Shown here one piece after another: positions 9,195 through 18,237 of a DNA stretch of 54,036 bases. Source of the DNA: Candidatus Hydrogenedentales bacterium (GTDB taxonomy: Bacteria; Hydrogenedentota; Hydrogenedentia; Hydrogenedentales; JAEUWI01); NCBI GenBank assembly GCA_044344195.1, contig JBIJDL010000001.1:1-54036 (forward strand). Reading direction: 5' to 3'. The notes under the pieces are model-generated. The model was not told the DNA's origin and did not search any database. It saw nothing but the letters and a program-made list of their open reading frames with translations. The translations under genes and the position numbers were made by a program. Position 1 is the stretch's first letter; every line of letters starts with the position of its first letter.

Positions 9195-9833
9195 ATGCCC
9201 TCACGCGTAATACTCTTTGATTTTGACGGCGTCATCGCCGACTCCCTCGCGGCGTATTTTCCCGTCTTCACGGAAAGCTGCCGCGATCTGGGCTTTGCGG
9301 GACCGGCAACGCTTGAGGCTTTTCTCGACGTCTTCGATACCAACGCGGTGAAGGGCCTTATCAAGGCGGGGGTGCCCATCCTCAAATTGCGGCGCCTCGG
9401 CAAGACCCTCGCGCCCCGGGTCTCCGAGCTGAACCGGCAGGTCCTCCCATTTCCGGGCATGCCCGAACTCGTCAACCGCCTCACCGCCCGATTCCCCGTC
9501 TATGTGGTCACGTCGAATGTCACCGCCGCCACGGAAGAATTTCTCGCGCGCCACGGCATCGCGGGATTGAGCGGGGTGATCGGGTCAGACCAGGAAGCCA
9601 GCAAGGTGAAGAAAATCCGGCGGATCCATCGGGTCCACCGAGGAGCGACGCCTTGGTATATCGGCGACACCCGGGGCGACATGATCGAAGGGCGGGCGGC
9701 CCACGCGGTGACCGTGGCGGTCACCTGGGGCTGGCACGATCGGGCGCGGCTGGAGTCGGGGAAGCCCGACCATGTCGTGGAGCGCGTGGCGGACCTGGCC
9801 CAACTTCTCCACGGGGACGAGGACGCTTTTTAG
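9195..9833 (+). CDS. HAD-superfamily hydrolase (phosphoglycolate phosphatase-like)
   Basis: HAD motif I LFDFDGVIADS follows the internal ATG at 9195 directly. Motif II is VYVVTSN and motif IV is YIGDTRGD. The upstream 51 codons of the ORF-track model are not family-like. Confidence 0.8.
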   Translation: MPSRVILFDFDGVIADSLAAYFPVFTESCRDLGFAGPATLEAFLDVFDTNAVKGLIKAGVPILKLRRLGKTLAPRVSELNRQVLPFPGMPELVNRLTARFPVYVVTSNVTAATEEFLARHGIAGLSGVIGSDQEASKVKKIRRIHRVHRGATPWYIGDTRGDMIEGRAAHAVTVAVTWGWHDRARLESGKPDHVVERVADLAQLLHGDEDAF

Positions 9834-9922
9834 TTGGCTATTCCGGTGCCGTCCTGCTATAACGAAGGGGTGCCGGGCAAGGGACACGGGGTAGCCAGAC
9901 TGCAGCAACGAGGAACGAATCC

Positions 9923-10381
9923 ATGGGAAGCCAGGAACAATATCAGATGTACGCCAAGAAGATTCGCATCTTCAATGGCCTTCAGCCCGACGAAGTGGGG
10001 TTCATCCTCAAGTCCGGAACCATCATAGAATTTCGCGAAGGCCAGACCGTCTTCCACGAGGGCATGCTCGGCAGCAACCTCTTCGTGGTGTTGAGCGGGA
10101 AAGTAACCATCTACAACAAGAAGCGCCAGATCGCCATTTGCGACGTGGGCGATGTCTTCGGCGAGATGGCCGTGCTCAACCGCAAGCCCCGATCGGCCAC
10201 GGCCGCAGCCAAGACCGACGTGAAGCTCTTCACACTGGACGAGCGCCAGATTAACCAGATCCTGGACAAGGGCGTGGCGGCCAAACTCCTTCTCAACGTG
10301 ATCCACGTGCTCAGCGAGCGCCTGGAGCAGGCCAACGCGATGGTAGCGAAATTGCGCGACGCCACCAGCAAGTTCGAGTAG
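9923..10381 (+). CDS. Stand-alone cyclic-nucleotide-binding domain protein
   Basis: The cNMP-binding cassette GDVFGEMAVLNRKPRSATAAA is preceded by a beta-roll-like segment. It has a C-terminal helix but no DNA-binding domain. Confidence 0.8.
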   Translation: MGSQEQYQMYAKKIRIFNGLQPDEVGFILKSGTIIEFREGQTVFHEGMLGSNLFVVLSGKVTIYNKKRQIAICDVGDVFGEMAVLNRKPRSATAAAKTDVKLFTLDERQINQILDKGVAAKLLLNVIHVLSERLEQANAMVAKLRDATSKFE

Positions 10382-10686
10382 GGGTTTCGCGCCGGGCCTT
10401 TGGGCTATCGAAGCTTTTTCGAAAGCATGGAGCGCTGGCGGCCCGCCGGCAAGGTGCGTCGCGGAGAACCGGGCGCATCACTCAGACACGTGATTCACGG
10501 TAGTTGACTTGTTCTTGCCCTGCGCCCTTCGGGTGCAATGCCGCCGGGCCGGCGGCGCTCCATGTTTGCGCGGATGCCTTAAGAACCAAGATAAGTCGTC
10601 AGACGGCAGGACACCCAATAGATCCACCCCGAAGGTGCACAAATCGTCGCCGCGACGCACACCATAGGAATGAATTCGCGTAGGCC

Positions 10687-11553
10687 CTACACGTCGCAGA
10701 TCTGAATCGCATGGCGCAGGGAGGTCACGGGGTCGTTCTTCGGGATAAACTCCTGCGCAATGAAACCCTGGTAACCCGTTTCCACGATGGCCTGGCAGAT
10801 CCGGGTATAGTTCAGTTCCTGCGTTTCATCGATCTCCGCGCGGCCCGGCACACCCCCCGTGTGGAAGTGGCCGATGTGCTGGATGTTCGCCTGGATCGTG
10901 GCGATGATGTCCCCCTCCATGATCTGCATGTGGTAGATGTCGTAGAGCAACTTGAAGCGCTCCGAAGCCACCTCATTCACCAGGGCCACGCCCCACGGCG
11001 TCTTGTCGCACTGGTAATCCTTGTGGTTGACCTTGCTGTTCAGCAGCTCCATGCAGATCGTCACGCCGAGCTGCTCCGCCATCGGCGTAATGCGCTTGAG
11101 TCCCGCCGCGCAATGCTTGATACCGTCGGCATCGGGGAGGCCATTCCGGTTGCCCGAAAACACGATCATGTTCGGCAGGCCCGCCGCCGCGATGACCGGC
11201 AGCATCTCCTCCGATTTCTTCACCAGATCATCGTGCAGGGCCGGGTTGTTCCAGCCCTCCTTGATGTTGCCCGGTCCCGCCGCCATGGGGCAGGTCAGGC
11301 CGTGCTTCTGAATGGTGGGCCAATCCTCCGCGCCCAGCAAATCGATGCCCAGGATGCCCATGGCCTTCGCCTGGACCGCAAGCTCGTCCAGCGTCATGTC
11401 CTTGTAACACCACTTGCACACGGAATGCTTCAGATTGCCCTTGAGGGGCTGGGGGGCGTCTTCCGCAATGGCGGAAGCGCCCAGGAGAAGACCACCGGGT
11501 GCGGCGGCCAGAGCGGCGAGCGCGGAACGGCGGGAAAGGTTGGAAGAGGACAT
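10687..11553 (-). CDS. Tat-signal hydroxypyruvate isomerase-like / xylose-isomerase-like TIM-barrel protein
   Basis: A twin-arginine signal MSSSNLSRRSALAALAAAPG follows the ATG at 11553. Alternative in-frame ATGs are at 11568, 11589 and 11625. Hyi-family-like motifs include ICMELLN, HFHTGGVPGR and FIAQEF. Confidence 0.7.
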   Translation of the reverse strand: MSSSNLSRRSALAALAAAPGGLLLGASAIAEDAPQPLKGNLKHSVCKWCYKDMTLDELAVQAKAMGILGIDLLGAEDWPTIQKHGLTCPMAAGPGNIKEGWNNPALHDDLVKKSEEMLPVIAAAGLPNMIVFSGNRNGLPDADGIKHCAAGLKRITPMAEQLGVTICMELLNSKVNHKDYQCDKTPWGVALVNEVASERFKLLYDIYHMQIMEGDIIATIQANIQHIGHFHTGGVPGRAEIDETQELNYTRICQAIVETGYQGFIAQEFIPKNDPVTSLRHAIQICDV

Positions 11554-11791
11554 GGCGACATGCTCCATAGGGTTGGGTTGAGCCGCCATGATGGGGGAAT
11601 CGGGGAGAGGTTTACAAGCACGCATAGGGGACGGCGTCGCCGCACGACGACCCCAAGTGAAGCGCGCTGCAGGTCCGCGGTGTTATTCAGACCAAAGGGA
11701 AGCGAAGCTAATCGGCGAGGCTGTACCTGCTACAAGCGCGGCCCCGGAGGCATCCTCCGGGGCCGCGTTTTAGCTTGCGTGGATTGGTGGC

Positions 11792-13690
11792 TTACTTCGC
11801 CAGCGTCTTGATCTTTGCCAGGATGCTGTCGGGGTCGAGGCCCTGATGGGCGATGTGTTCGGGGATGCCGCCTTCGCCGGGTTTGTGGACGGCCATGGCG
11901 CCGAATTTGGGCGCGAGGCCGCGTTCGAGGAGCCAGGAGCCGTAGCGGCTGCCAAGGCCGTTGTTGGCGTTCTGGGCTTCGACGACGAGGGCGAAGGGCG
12001 ATGCGCCGACTTTCTTCAGGATGTCTTCGTCGATGACGTTGAGCGTGGGCTTGTTGATGAGGCCGACGTCGATGCCTTCGGCGCGGGCGCGGTCCACGGC
12101 GTCGATGGCGCGGTAGAGCATTTCGCCGTAGCTGACGACGTAGCCGGCCTTGCCTTCGCGGATGACTTCATCTTTTCCGGGCACGAACTGGTAGCTGTCG
12201 TCATAGAACTTCGCGCCGTCTTCCTTCGCGATGAAGGGGACCTTGCTGCGGGTGGTGAAGACGTAGCGGATACCGTCGTCGCTCCAGATGGTGTTGACCA
12301 GACTCTTGAGCTGGCCGGCGTCGGCGGCGAAGTAGAGGCGGTTGGTGTCGCCTTCCTGGATGCCGCTGTGGGCGAGCCAGATGTTGATGCCGTAGTGACA
12401 GGTGTTGTCCGCGATCTCGTCGACGCCCGCGTGGGAGAAGTGGCAGATGACGTTGGCGTTGTTGAGGCGCGCCATGGTGGCTTCGGAGATGATCATCTCC
12501 AGGAAGGCCGAGAAGGTGCTGAAGATGCCCTGCTTGCCGGGGAGGGAGCCGAAGCCCGCGGCGGCGGAGAAGTTGCCGCGCTCCTGGACACCGCCGTTGA
12601 TGCAGACCTCGGGGTGGGCAACGCGGATGCCCTTTAGGCCCGTGGAGCCTTCGAGATCGGAGTCGACCACGAGGACCTTGCTCGCGCGCTCGTCGGCGGG
12701 GATGGTGTCGAGGATGGCATTGACGATGGTGCCGAATTCCGTGCGATTGCTGGCGGATTCCTTGGTGGAGCCTACGTAGGAAACGCTGCTGGAGGTCTTC
12801 GGGATGTTGTTGAGGAAGTCGATGGCGGCGGTGTGGCCCTTGAGGGTCAGGTAGTTCAGGGCGGAGGCTTTGTCGATCACGTCGTGGCCGGCGTGGGTGC
12901 CTTCGATGCCGGGGATGCCGGGGGCCATCTTGCGCTTGTTGATGAGGGCTATGGGGCCGTTGGTGTTGACGGCCTTGAGCATGCGCGCGTAGAGGGCGTC
13001 GAAGTCTTCGCCGTCGCCCGTGTCCACCGTGAGGCCGTGGCCGTTGAGGGTCTTGCCCACGTCATAGCCGGGGAGGTAATCGGCCGGGTGGCCGGAGATG
13101 GTGACGTTGTTGTCGTCGATGGCGAGCTTCACATTGAGCTGCTGGGCCACGGCCAGGCGCGCGGCCTCGGCGTCGTTGCCTTCCATCTGGGAGCCGTCGG
13201 AGCCGAACATGAAGACCACGCCATTCGGGCAGGCCTTGGCGACGCCGTTGACGAAGGGCCACATGTGGCCGAGGCGACCGGAGGCAAACTTGATGCCCAG
13301 GGCGGGATCGATTTCGGGGTGACCATAGAGGCCCTCGCCCGCGGCGCGATACTGGAGGAGTTTTTCGAAAGGCATCTCGCCGTTGAAGGCGCTCATGGCG
13401 TATTGAATCGCCACGCGGTGGCCGCCTTCGTCGAAGTAGACCGGGTAAACCCGGTCACTGCCCTTCATGAAGCTGTCGGCTATGAGCACTTCCGGCACGA
13501 TGCTGTAGGCGCCGCCGGTGTGGCCGCCGAAGCCGCGCACGCCCGCCACCGCCGTGAAGAACACGATGGTGTCGCGCACGATCTCGATGTTGGCGAGGAG
13601 TTGGGCTTTCTGCTCCGGCGTAATTGGCGCGTTCTTGAAGGGGTCAATGGCAACCGGCTTGTAGTTGCTGGTGTCGATGGAAAAAGACAT
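11792..13690 (-). CDS. Transketolase family protein
   Basis: 632 aa. It has a TPP-binding N-terminal region (GGHTGGAYS, GRLGHMWP, GSDGSQMEGN) plus pyrimidine-binding and C-terminal domains (FLEMIISE, HAGVDE). Confidence 0.8.
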   Translation of the reverse strand: MSFSIDTSNYKPVAIDPFKNAPITPEQKAQLLANIEIVRDTIVFFTAVAGVRGFGGHTGGAYSIVPEVLIADSFMKGSDRVYPVYFDEGGHRVAIQYAMSAFNGEMPFEKLLQYRAAGEGLYGHPEIDPALGIKFASGRLGHMWPFVNGVAKACPNGVVFMFGSDGSQMEGNDAEAARLAVAQQLNVKLAIDDNNVTISGHPADYLPGYDVGKTLNGHGLTVDTGDGEDFDALYARMLKAVNTNGPIALINKRKMAPGIPGIEGTHAGHDVIDKASALNYLTLKGHTAAIDFLNNIPKTSSSVSYVGSTKESASNRTEFGTIVNAILDTIPADERASKVLVVDSDLEGSTGLKGIRVAHPEVCINGGVQERGNFSAAAGFGSLPGKQGIFSTFSAFLEMIISEATMARLNNANVICHFSHAGVDEIADNTCHYGINIWLAHSGIQEGDTNRLYFAADAGQLKSLVNTIWSDDGIRYVFTTRSKVPFIAKEDGAKFYDDSYQFVPGKDEVIREGKAGYVVSYGEMLYRAIDAVDRARAEGIDVGLINKPTLNVIDEDILKKVGASPFALVVEAQNANNGLGSRYGSWLLERGLAPKFGAMAVHKPGEGGIPEHIAHQGLDPDSILAKIKTLAK

Positions 13691-13887
13691 GGGTTCTCCT
13701 TTGTTTCCATTGCCGGGACTGCCCAGGCAGGGCGGCTCGCCGGTTGAGTCCAGACTTCGATTGTGGGGAAGGGTGTTTGCGGCGCGGACCCGGCGTAACG
13801 CCCGATCACGCTACGGAGACCCTGAGCGCCCGCGGAAATTCCGGGGCGGACCTGAGGTGCCGTGCCGTCAAGACGAGGCAGTATAGC

Positions 13888-13956
13888 AGATGGCAATTAA
13901 CAATGGACAATTGACAATGGCCAACGGGCAATGGACAACTGGCAACGATAGGGCGG
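13888..13956. repeat. Tandem array of about five 14-nt units (consensus CAATGGMCAAYNGR)
   Basis: Units: AGATGGCAATTAA, CAATGGACAATTGA, CAATGGCCAACGGG, CAATGGACAACTGG, CAACGATAGGGCGG. The array lies in the divergent intergenic region between the transketolase and FHA-phosphatase genes. Confidence 0.7.
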
Positions 13957-14057
13957 TCAGGGCCAGTCCGCCCAATTGGCGAACCGCTGTCATGGGCCAT
14001 TTCACTTTATTCCATTGAATCTGTACAATGGCCCCTTGTCTCGATGAGGAGTATCAG

Positions 14058-15752
14058 GTGCTTCGGGGATTTCTCATAGTCGATGCCGACGGGCGCAAGG
14101 TGCCGATCGACGATTCTCTGGTCATTGGCCGCACGGCGGACAGTGGCCTGATGATCGACGACAACGCGGCGTCGCGCCGCCACATGGAGATCAAGGCCCG
14201 TCCGGACCGGTTTATCTGGAAGGATCTGGGCAGCACCAACGGCACGATCCTCAATGGGGCGAAGATGCTTGCGGGCGAGCTGAAGAACGGGGACAAGATC
14301 CAGATCGGCGAGACGACGCTCTCCTTTGTGGTGACGGGGCATGCGGAGACCCGCGATGGCGCGCCGGAGCCGATTGTGGAGGAGGGGCGCCTCTTCACCG
14401 AGACCATCATGGACCACCAGGGGATGGTCAAGAAGCCCCACGAGGGTCAGTCCAAGACCACCAAGCTCCTGGAGGCGGTCTATTCGGTCGCCAACGAGAT
14501 TGCCACGAACTACGACACCTGCAGCCTGATGGACGGGGTGCTGAAGAAGACTCTGAAGGCCATCAATGCCCAGCGCGGCGCGATCTTCCTGGCCAGCCAT
14601 GACGCCGAGCTAATGCCTTGCTCCGAGTGCGGCTATGTCCACAGTATCGCCAATGGCCAGTTGCACCCGGCCCAGATCGGCGATATTCTCATCAGCAGCA
14701 CCGTGGCCAGCCGCGTGATTCGCGATGGCGAGAGCGTGCTCTATCAGGACACGGACAGCGACATGGAGCTGAACGCTTCCGAGAGCATCATGTCGCTCCA
14801 GTTGCGCTCCATCATCTGCGTGCCGCTCCGCGCGAAACACGGCATCCTGGGCGTCCTGTACATCGATACGGACCGGCAGGATCAAAACTATTCTCATGAC
14901 GACCTGCTGCTGGCGGCGTCGGTCGGCAACAGCGCCGGGCTGGCGCTGGAAAATGCCCAGATGCACCAGCAGATCCTGGAAAAGCAGCGGATCGAGCAGG
15001 ATCTGGCCACGGCCTGGACCATCCAGGAAGGCTTCCTGGTCAAGGAATGGCCCAACGACCCCCGATTCGAGGTTTACGGCGAGACCCGGCCCGCGAAGAC
15101 CGTGGGGGGCGACTTCTATGATTATGTGCGCCGCGGCCGGGACAGCGTGGGCATCCTTATTGGCGACGTGAGCGGCAAGGGCGTGCCCGCGGCACTGACC
15201 ATGGCCCAGTTGCTGGCCCAATTCCGCCTGCTCTGCCGCGATCTGGAGAGTCCGGTGGAGGTGCTGAGCGAGCTGAATCGCGGCCTTGTGAAGCGCAGCC
15301 AGCGGGGCATGTTCTGCACGATGTGCTATCTTACGATCGATTTGAACACCGGCCAGGTGGTTTGCTGCAATGCGGGCCATCACCCCGCAGTCCAGATCGG
15401 GCGCAACGGGGTGACGACCTTCGGCGATGCCACGGGCCCGCCGGCGGGCATATTGTCGGAGGGCCCCTGGGTGGAGACCCGCTCCATTGTTACGCCGGGC
15501 GACAGCCTGCTGCTTTATACGGACGGCATAGTGGAGGCCCGGGCCACGACGACCCTGCTGGAGGGTGCGTCGTCCTCGCCTCCCGTGGAGTACGAAGAGG
15601 TAGGATTGCGCCGTTGCACGGGGCGCCTCTACGGCGAATCGGCCCAGGCGCTTATTGAAGCGGTCATTTACGATGTGCAGCGCTTCACGGCGCCCGCCGT
15701 GCCCCACGACGACTGCACGATGATGGCAATGAGGTATCTCGGTGCACGATAA
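14058..15752 (+). CDS. FHA-GAF-PP2C (SpoIIE/RsbU-type) serine phosphatase
   Basis: FHA domain: VIGRTADSGLMIDDNAASRRHMEI...GSTNGTILNG. A central GAF-like region follows. PP2C/SpoIIE motifs are GGDFYDYV, IGDVSGKGVPAAL, YTDGIVEA and DDCTMMAM. The GTG at 14058 has GAGGAG 6 nt upstream, whereas the ORF-track ATG at 14028 has no RBS. Confidence 0.85.
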   Translation: MLRGFLIVDADGRKVPIDDSLVIGRTADSGLMIDDNAASRRHMEIKARPDRFIWKDLGSTNGTILNGAKMLAGELKNGDKIQIGETTLSFVVTGHAETRDGAPEPIVEEGRLFTETIMDHQGMVKKPHEGQSKTTKLLEAVYSVANEIATNYDTCSLMDGVLKKTLKAINAQRGAIFLASHDAELMPCSECGYVHSIANGQLHPAQIGDILISSTVASRVIRDGESVLYQDTDSDMELNASESIMSLQLRSIICVPLRAKHGILGVLYIDTDRQDQNYSHDDLLLAASVGNSAGLALENAQMHQQILEKQRIEQDLATAWTIQEGFLVKEWPNDPRFEVYGETRPAKTVGGDFYDYVRRGRDSVGILIGDVSGKGVPAALTMAQLLAQFRLLCRDLESPVEVLSELNRGLVKRSQRGMFCTMCYLTIDLNTGQVVCCNAGHHPAVQIGRNGVTTFGDATGPPAGILSEGPWVETRSIVTPGDSLLLYTDGIVEARATTTLLEGASSSPPVEYEEVGLRRCTGRLYGESAQALIEAVIYDVQRFTAPAVPHDDCTMMAMRYLGAR

Positions 15753-16167
15753 AGACCTGTCCATAGTATTCCGGTCCTCCCCGAAGCTCCTGTGCGATAT
15801 CCGGGCTATGATCCGCAGCTACCTGATTAACCAGGGGGTCCAGGACGACAAAGTGCAGGAGCTGGTGCTGGCGGTGGACGAGGCCTGCACGAACGCCATC
15901 CGCCACGCCTACCGGGGCGCCCCGGACCAGTTTCTGGAACTTTCGATGGATTCGCGGGATGGATGGATAGAACTGGTGGTGCATGACGACGGGATTCCCG
16001 CGCCCTACGACCGGGTGCGGCGGAAGTCGGAAGAAGATATTCTGGCGGAGGCGTTGACCCCGGGGGGGCTGGGGATGCATCTGATATATAACGTCTTTGA
16101 TGAGGTGGAGTTCATGCCGGGCGATGGTCAGGGCAATACCATCGTAATGCGGCTGCGGAAAGTGTAA
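15742..16167 (+). CDS. RsbW/SpoIIAB-type anti-sigma-factor-like serine kinase (HATPase)
   Basis: N-box VDEACTNAIRHAY and G-box GGLGMHLI; 141 aa. GTG start with GAGG 7 nt upstream. It overlaps the phosphatase gene by 11 bp. Confidence 0.75.
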   Translation: MHDKDLSIVFRSSPKLLCDIRAMIRSYLINQGVQDDKVQELVLAVDEACTNAIRHAYRGAPDQFLELSMDSRDGWIELVVHDDGIPAPYDRVRRKSEEDILAEALTPGGLGMHLIYNVFDEVEFMPGDGQGNTIVMRLRKV

Positions 16168-16269
16168 CATGAGGGGGGAACATTACTCGGGATCATCCGC
16201 CACAGCCGGCGGCGGGAGCGTATGGGAGCTTGCCCGCCCGGCGGTGGAGATACATAAAGGTCTAATCGC

Positions 16270-16584
16270 ATGGCACTTGAGTTGAAACAGGTGGAGCAGG
16301 ACGGTAATTGCATCATCGAGGCGAAGGGCGAGATTGATCTGTACTCGTCGCCCCAGCTTCGGGAAGCGATTCTGAAGGCCTGCAAGACCACCAAACAGAA
16401 AGTGGGTGTTCGCCTTACGGATGTAGCCTATATGGACTCCTCTGGTGTCGCGACGCTGGTCGAGGGCCTGCAGGCGGCGGGAGGTGCGTCCTCCTTTCTG
16501 CTGCTGGCCCCGTCCCAGTCCGTCATGAAGGTCCTCCAGCTTTCCCGCCTGGACTCGGTATTCAGCATCGTGGAGCAGATGTAA
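16270..16584 (+). CDS. STAS-domain protein (RsbV/SpoIIAA-type antagonist; sits in the MlaB position)
   Basis: 104 aa. It carries the SpoIIAA-type phosphorylation context VAYMDSSGVATLVEG. Its stop lies 6 bp before the mlaE start. Confidence 0.8.
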   Translation: MALELKQVEQDGNCIIEAKGEIDLYSSPQLREAILKACKTTKQKVGVRLTDVAYMDSSGVATLVEGLQAAGGASSFLLLAPSQSVMKVLQLSRLDSVFSIVEQM

Positions 16585-16590
16585 CCGGCC

Positions 16591-17379
16591 ATGTCCGCCC
16601 TGCTGGGACACACGGGCCGTGCAACGCTGAACGGTCTCTACGCCACGGCCACGGTCTGCGTGTTGATGGTGGACACCGTCAACTGGCTGGTCTGGCAGCC
16701 CCTGCGGGGCAAGGGCCTGCGCGTGCGCAGCACCGTGGAGCACTTCGTGGAATTCGGCGTGCGCTCCCTGCCCATTGTGGGGCTCATTTGTGGCTTGATC
16801 GGCATCATTATGGCCCTGCAGGCGGCATACACACTGGAAAAATGGGGCGCTACCCAGCTCATTGCCGATCTGGTGGGAATCTCCGCCCTGCGGGAGCTAG
16901 CCCCGCTCATGACCGCCATCCTCATCACGGGCCGCTGCGGTTCGGCCATCACGGCCGAAATTGGCACCATGAAAGTCTCCGAAGAGATCGACGCACTCAA
17001 CGTCATGGGCCTCAACCCGACCAAGTTTCTGATCGTGCCGAAATTTCTGGCCATGATGATCGCGGTGCCCTGCGTAACGGTGCTGGCCATGTTGATCATG
17101 ATTTTGGGCGGTTTTTTTGCTGGTGTGGTGCTCGTGGGTGTGGACCCCGGCATCTATTTCCGGCAGACCGCCGAAGCGCTGACCCGCATGGATCTCATCT
17201 CCGGCCTGGTCAAGAGTTTCTTCTTCGGAATCACCATCTGCTGGGTGGGCGTATATCGCGGCTTCCGCGTGGACGGCGGCGCCGAGGGCGTGGGCCGTGA
17301 AACCACGTCGTCCGTGGTAACGTCCATTCTGATTATTATCGTCGTGGATTTGGTGTGGACCGCCCTGTTCTTCTCCTAG
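16591..17379 (+). CDS. mlaE: MlaE-family ABC transporter permease
   Basis: 262 aa, multi-TM, with MlaE-like segments (GIIMALQAAYTLEKWGA, ALRELAPLMTAILITGRCGSAITAEIGTMKVSEEIDAL). Confidence 0.85.
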   Translation: MSALLGHTGRATLNGLYATATVCVLMVDTVNWLVWQPLRGKGLRVRSTVEHFVEFGVRSLPIVGLICGLIGIIMALQAAYTLEKWGATQLIADLVGISALRELAPLMTAILITGRCGSAITAEIGTMKVSEEIDALNVMGLNPTKFLIVPKFLAMMIAVPCVTVLAMLIMILGGFFAGVVLVGVDPGIYFRQTAEALTRMDLISGLVKSFFFGITICWVGVYRGFRVDGGAEGVGRETTSSVVTSILIIIVVDLVWTALFFS

Positions 17380-17386
17380 AGATCCC

Positions 17387-18187
17387 ATGAGTGCTGAACC
17401 CGAAAATATCATCGAAGTCCGCGATCTCCGTGTGAAATACGGCGATCGCACCGTGCTCGATGGCGTGAACCTCACCGTGAAACGGGGCGAGGTTTTCGTT
17501 ATTCTCGGCGGCTCCGGGTGCGGCAAGAGCACGCTCCTGCGGAACCTGGTGGGCCTCATGCGGCCCCATTCGGGTAAGATTCTGTTCAAAGGACAGGATT
17601 TCACCGCGATGAACGATGAAGAGCGGGTCGAGGCGCGCAAGCAGATGGGCATGTGCTTCCAGGGCTCGGCCCTGTTCAACTCGCTCACTATCGGCGAGAA
17701 TGTGGCCCTGGCGCTGAAGGAGCATACGCGCCTTGAGTCCTCCACAATTGATATCATGACCAAGATCAAGCTGGAGTTGGTGGGCCTCGGTGGTTTCGAG
17801 CGCTTCATGCCCTCTGAGTTGAGCGGCGGGATGAAAAAGCGCGCAGGCCTGGCCCGGGCCATGGCGATGGATCCCGAAATCATTTTTTACGACGAGCCCT
17901 CCGCGGGCCTGGACCCCATCGTGGGCGCGGGCTTGGACGTGCTCATCCGCAAGATGCAGAGTACCTTTAACCTGACCAGCGTGGTGGTGACCCACGAAAT
18001 GGAAAGCGTGAAGCTCATTGCCGACCGTGTGGTCATGCTCGATAAGGGCAAGGTCATCGGTCTGGGCACGCTGGACGAAATACAGAAGATCGATCACCCA
18101 TTTATCGAACAGTTTTTCGCGCGCCGTCCCGACGCGGAAGGTGAAGACACGGCGAAGTATCTTCAGTCGCTTACGAGCACGGAGTAG
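17387..18187 (+). CDS. mlaF: MlaF-like ABC transporter ATP-binding protein
   Basis: Walker A GGSGCGKST, signature LSGGMKKR, Walker B IIFYDEPSAGLD, H-loop VVVTHE. Confidence 0.9.
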   Translation: MSAEPENIIEVRDLRVKYGDRTVLDGVNLTVKRGEVFVILGGSGCGKSTLLRNLVGLMRPHSGKILFKGQDFTAMNDEERVEARKQMGMCFQGSALFNSLTIGENVALALKEHTRLESSTIDIMTKIKLELVGLGGFERFMPSELSGGMKKRAGLARAMAMDPEIIFYDEPSAGLDPIVGAGLDVLIRKMQSTFNLTSVVVTHEMESVKLIADRVVMLDKGKVIGLGTLDEIQKIDHPFIEQFFARRPDAEGEDTAKYLQSLTSTE

Positions 18188-18237
18188 CGGGAAGCGCGGG
18201 TGTTCGCGTGATCGAAATGAAGCGGAGCGAATAGGCT

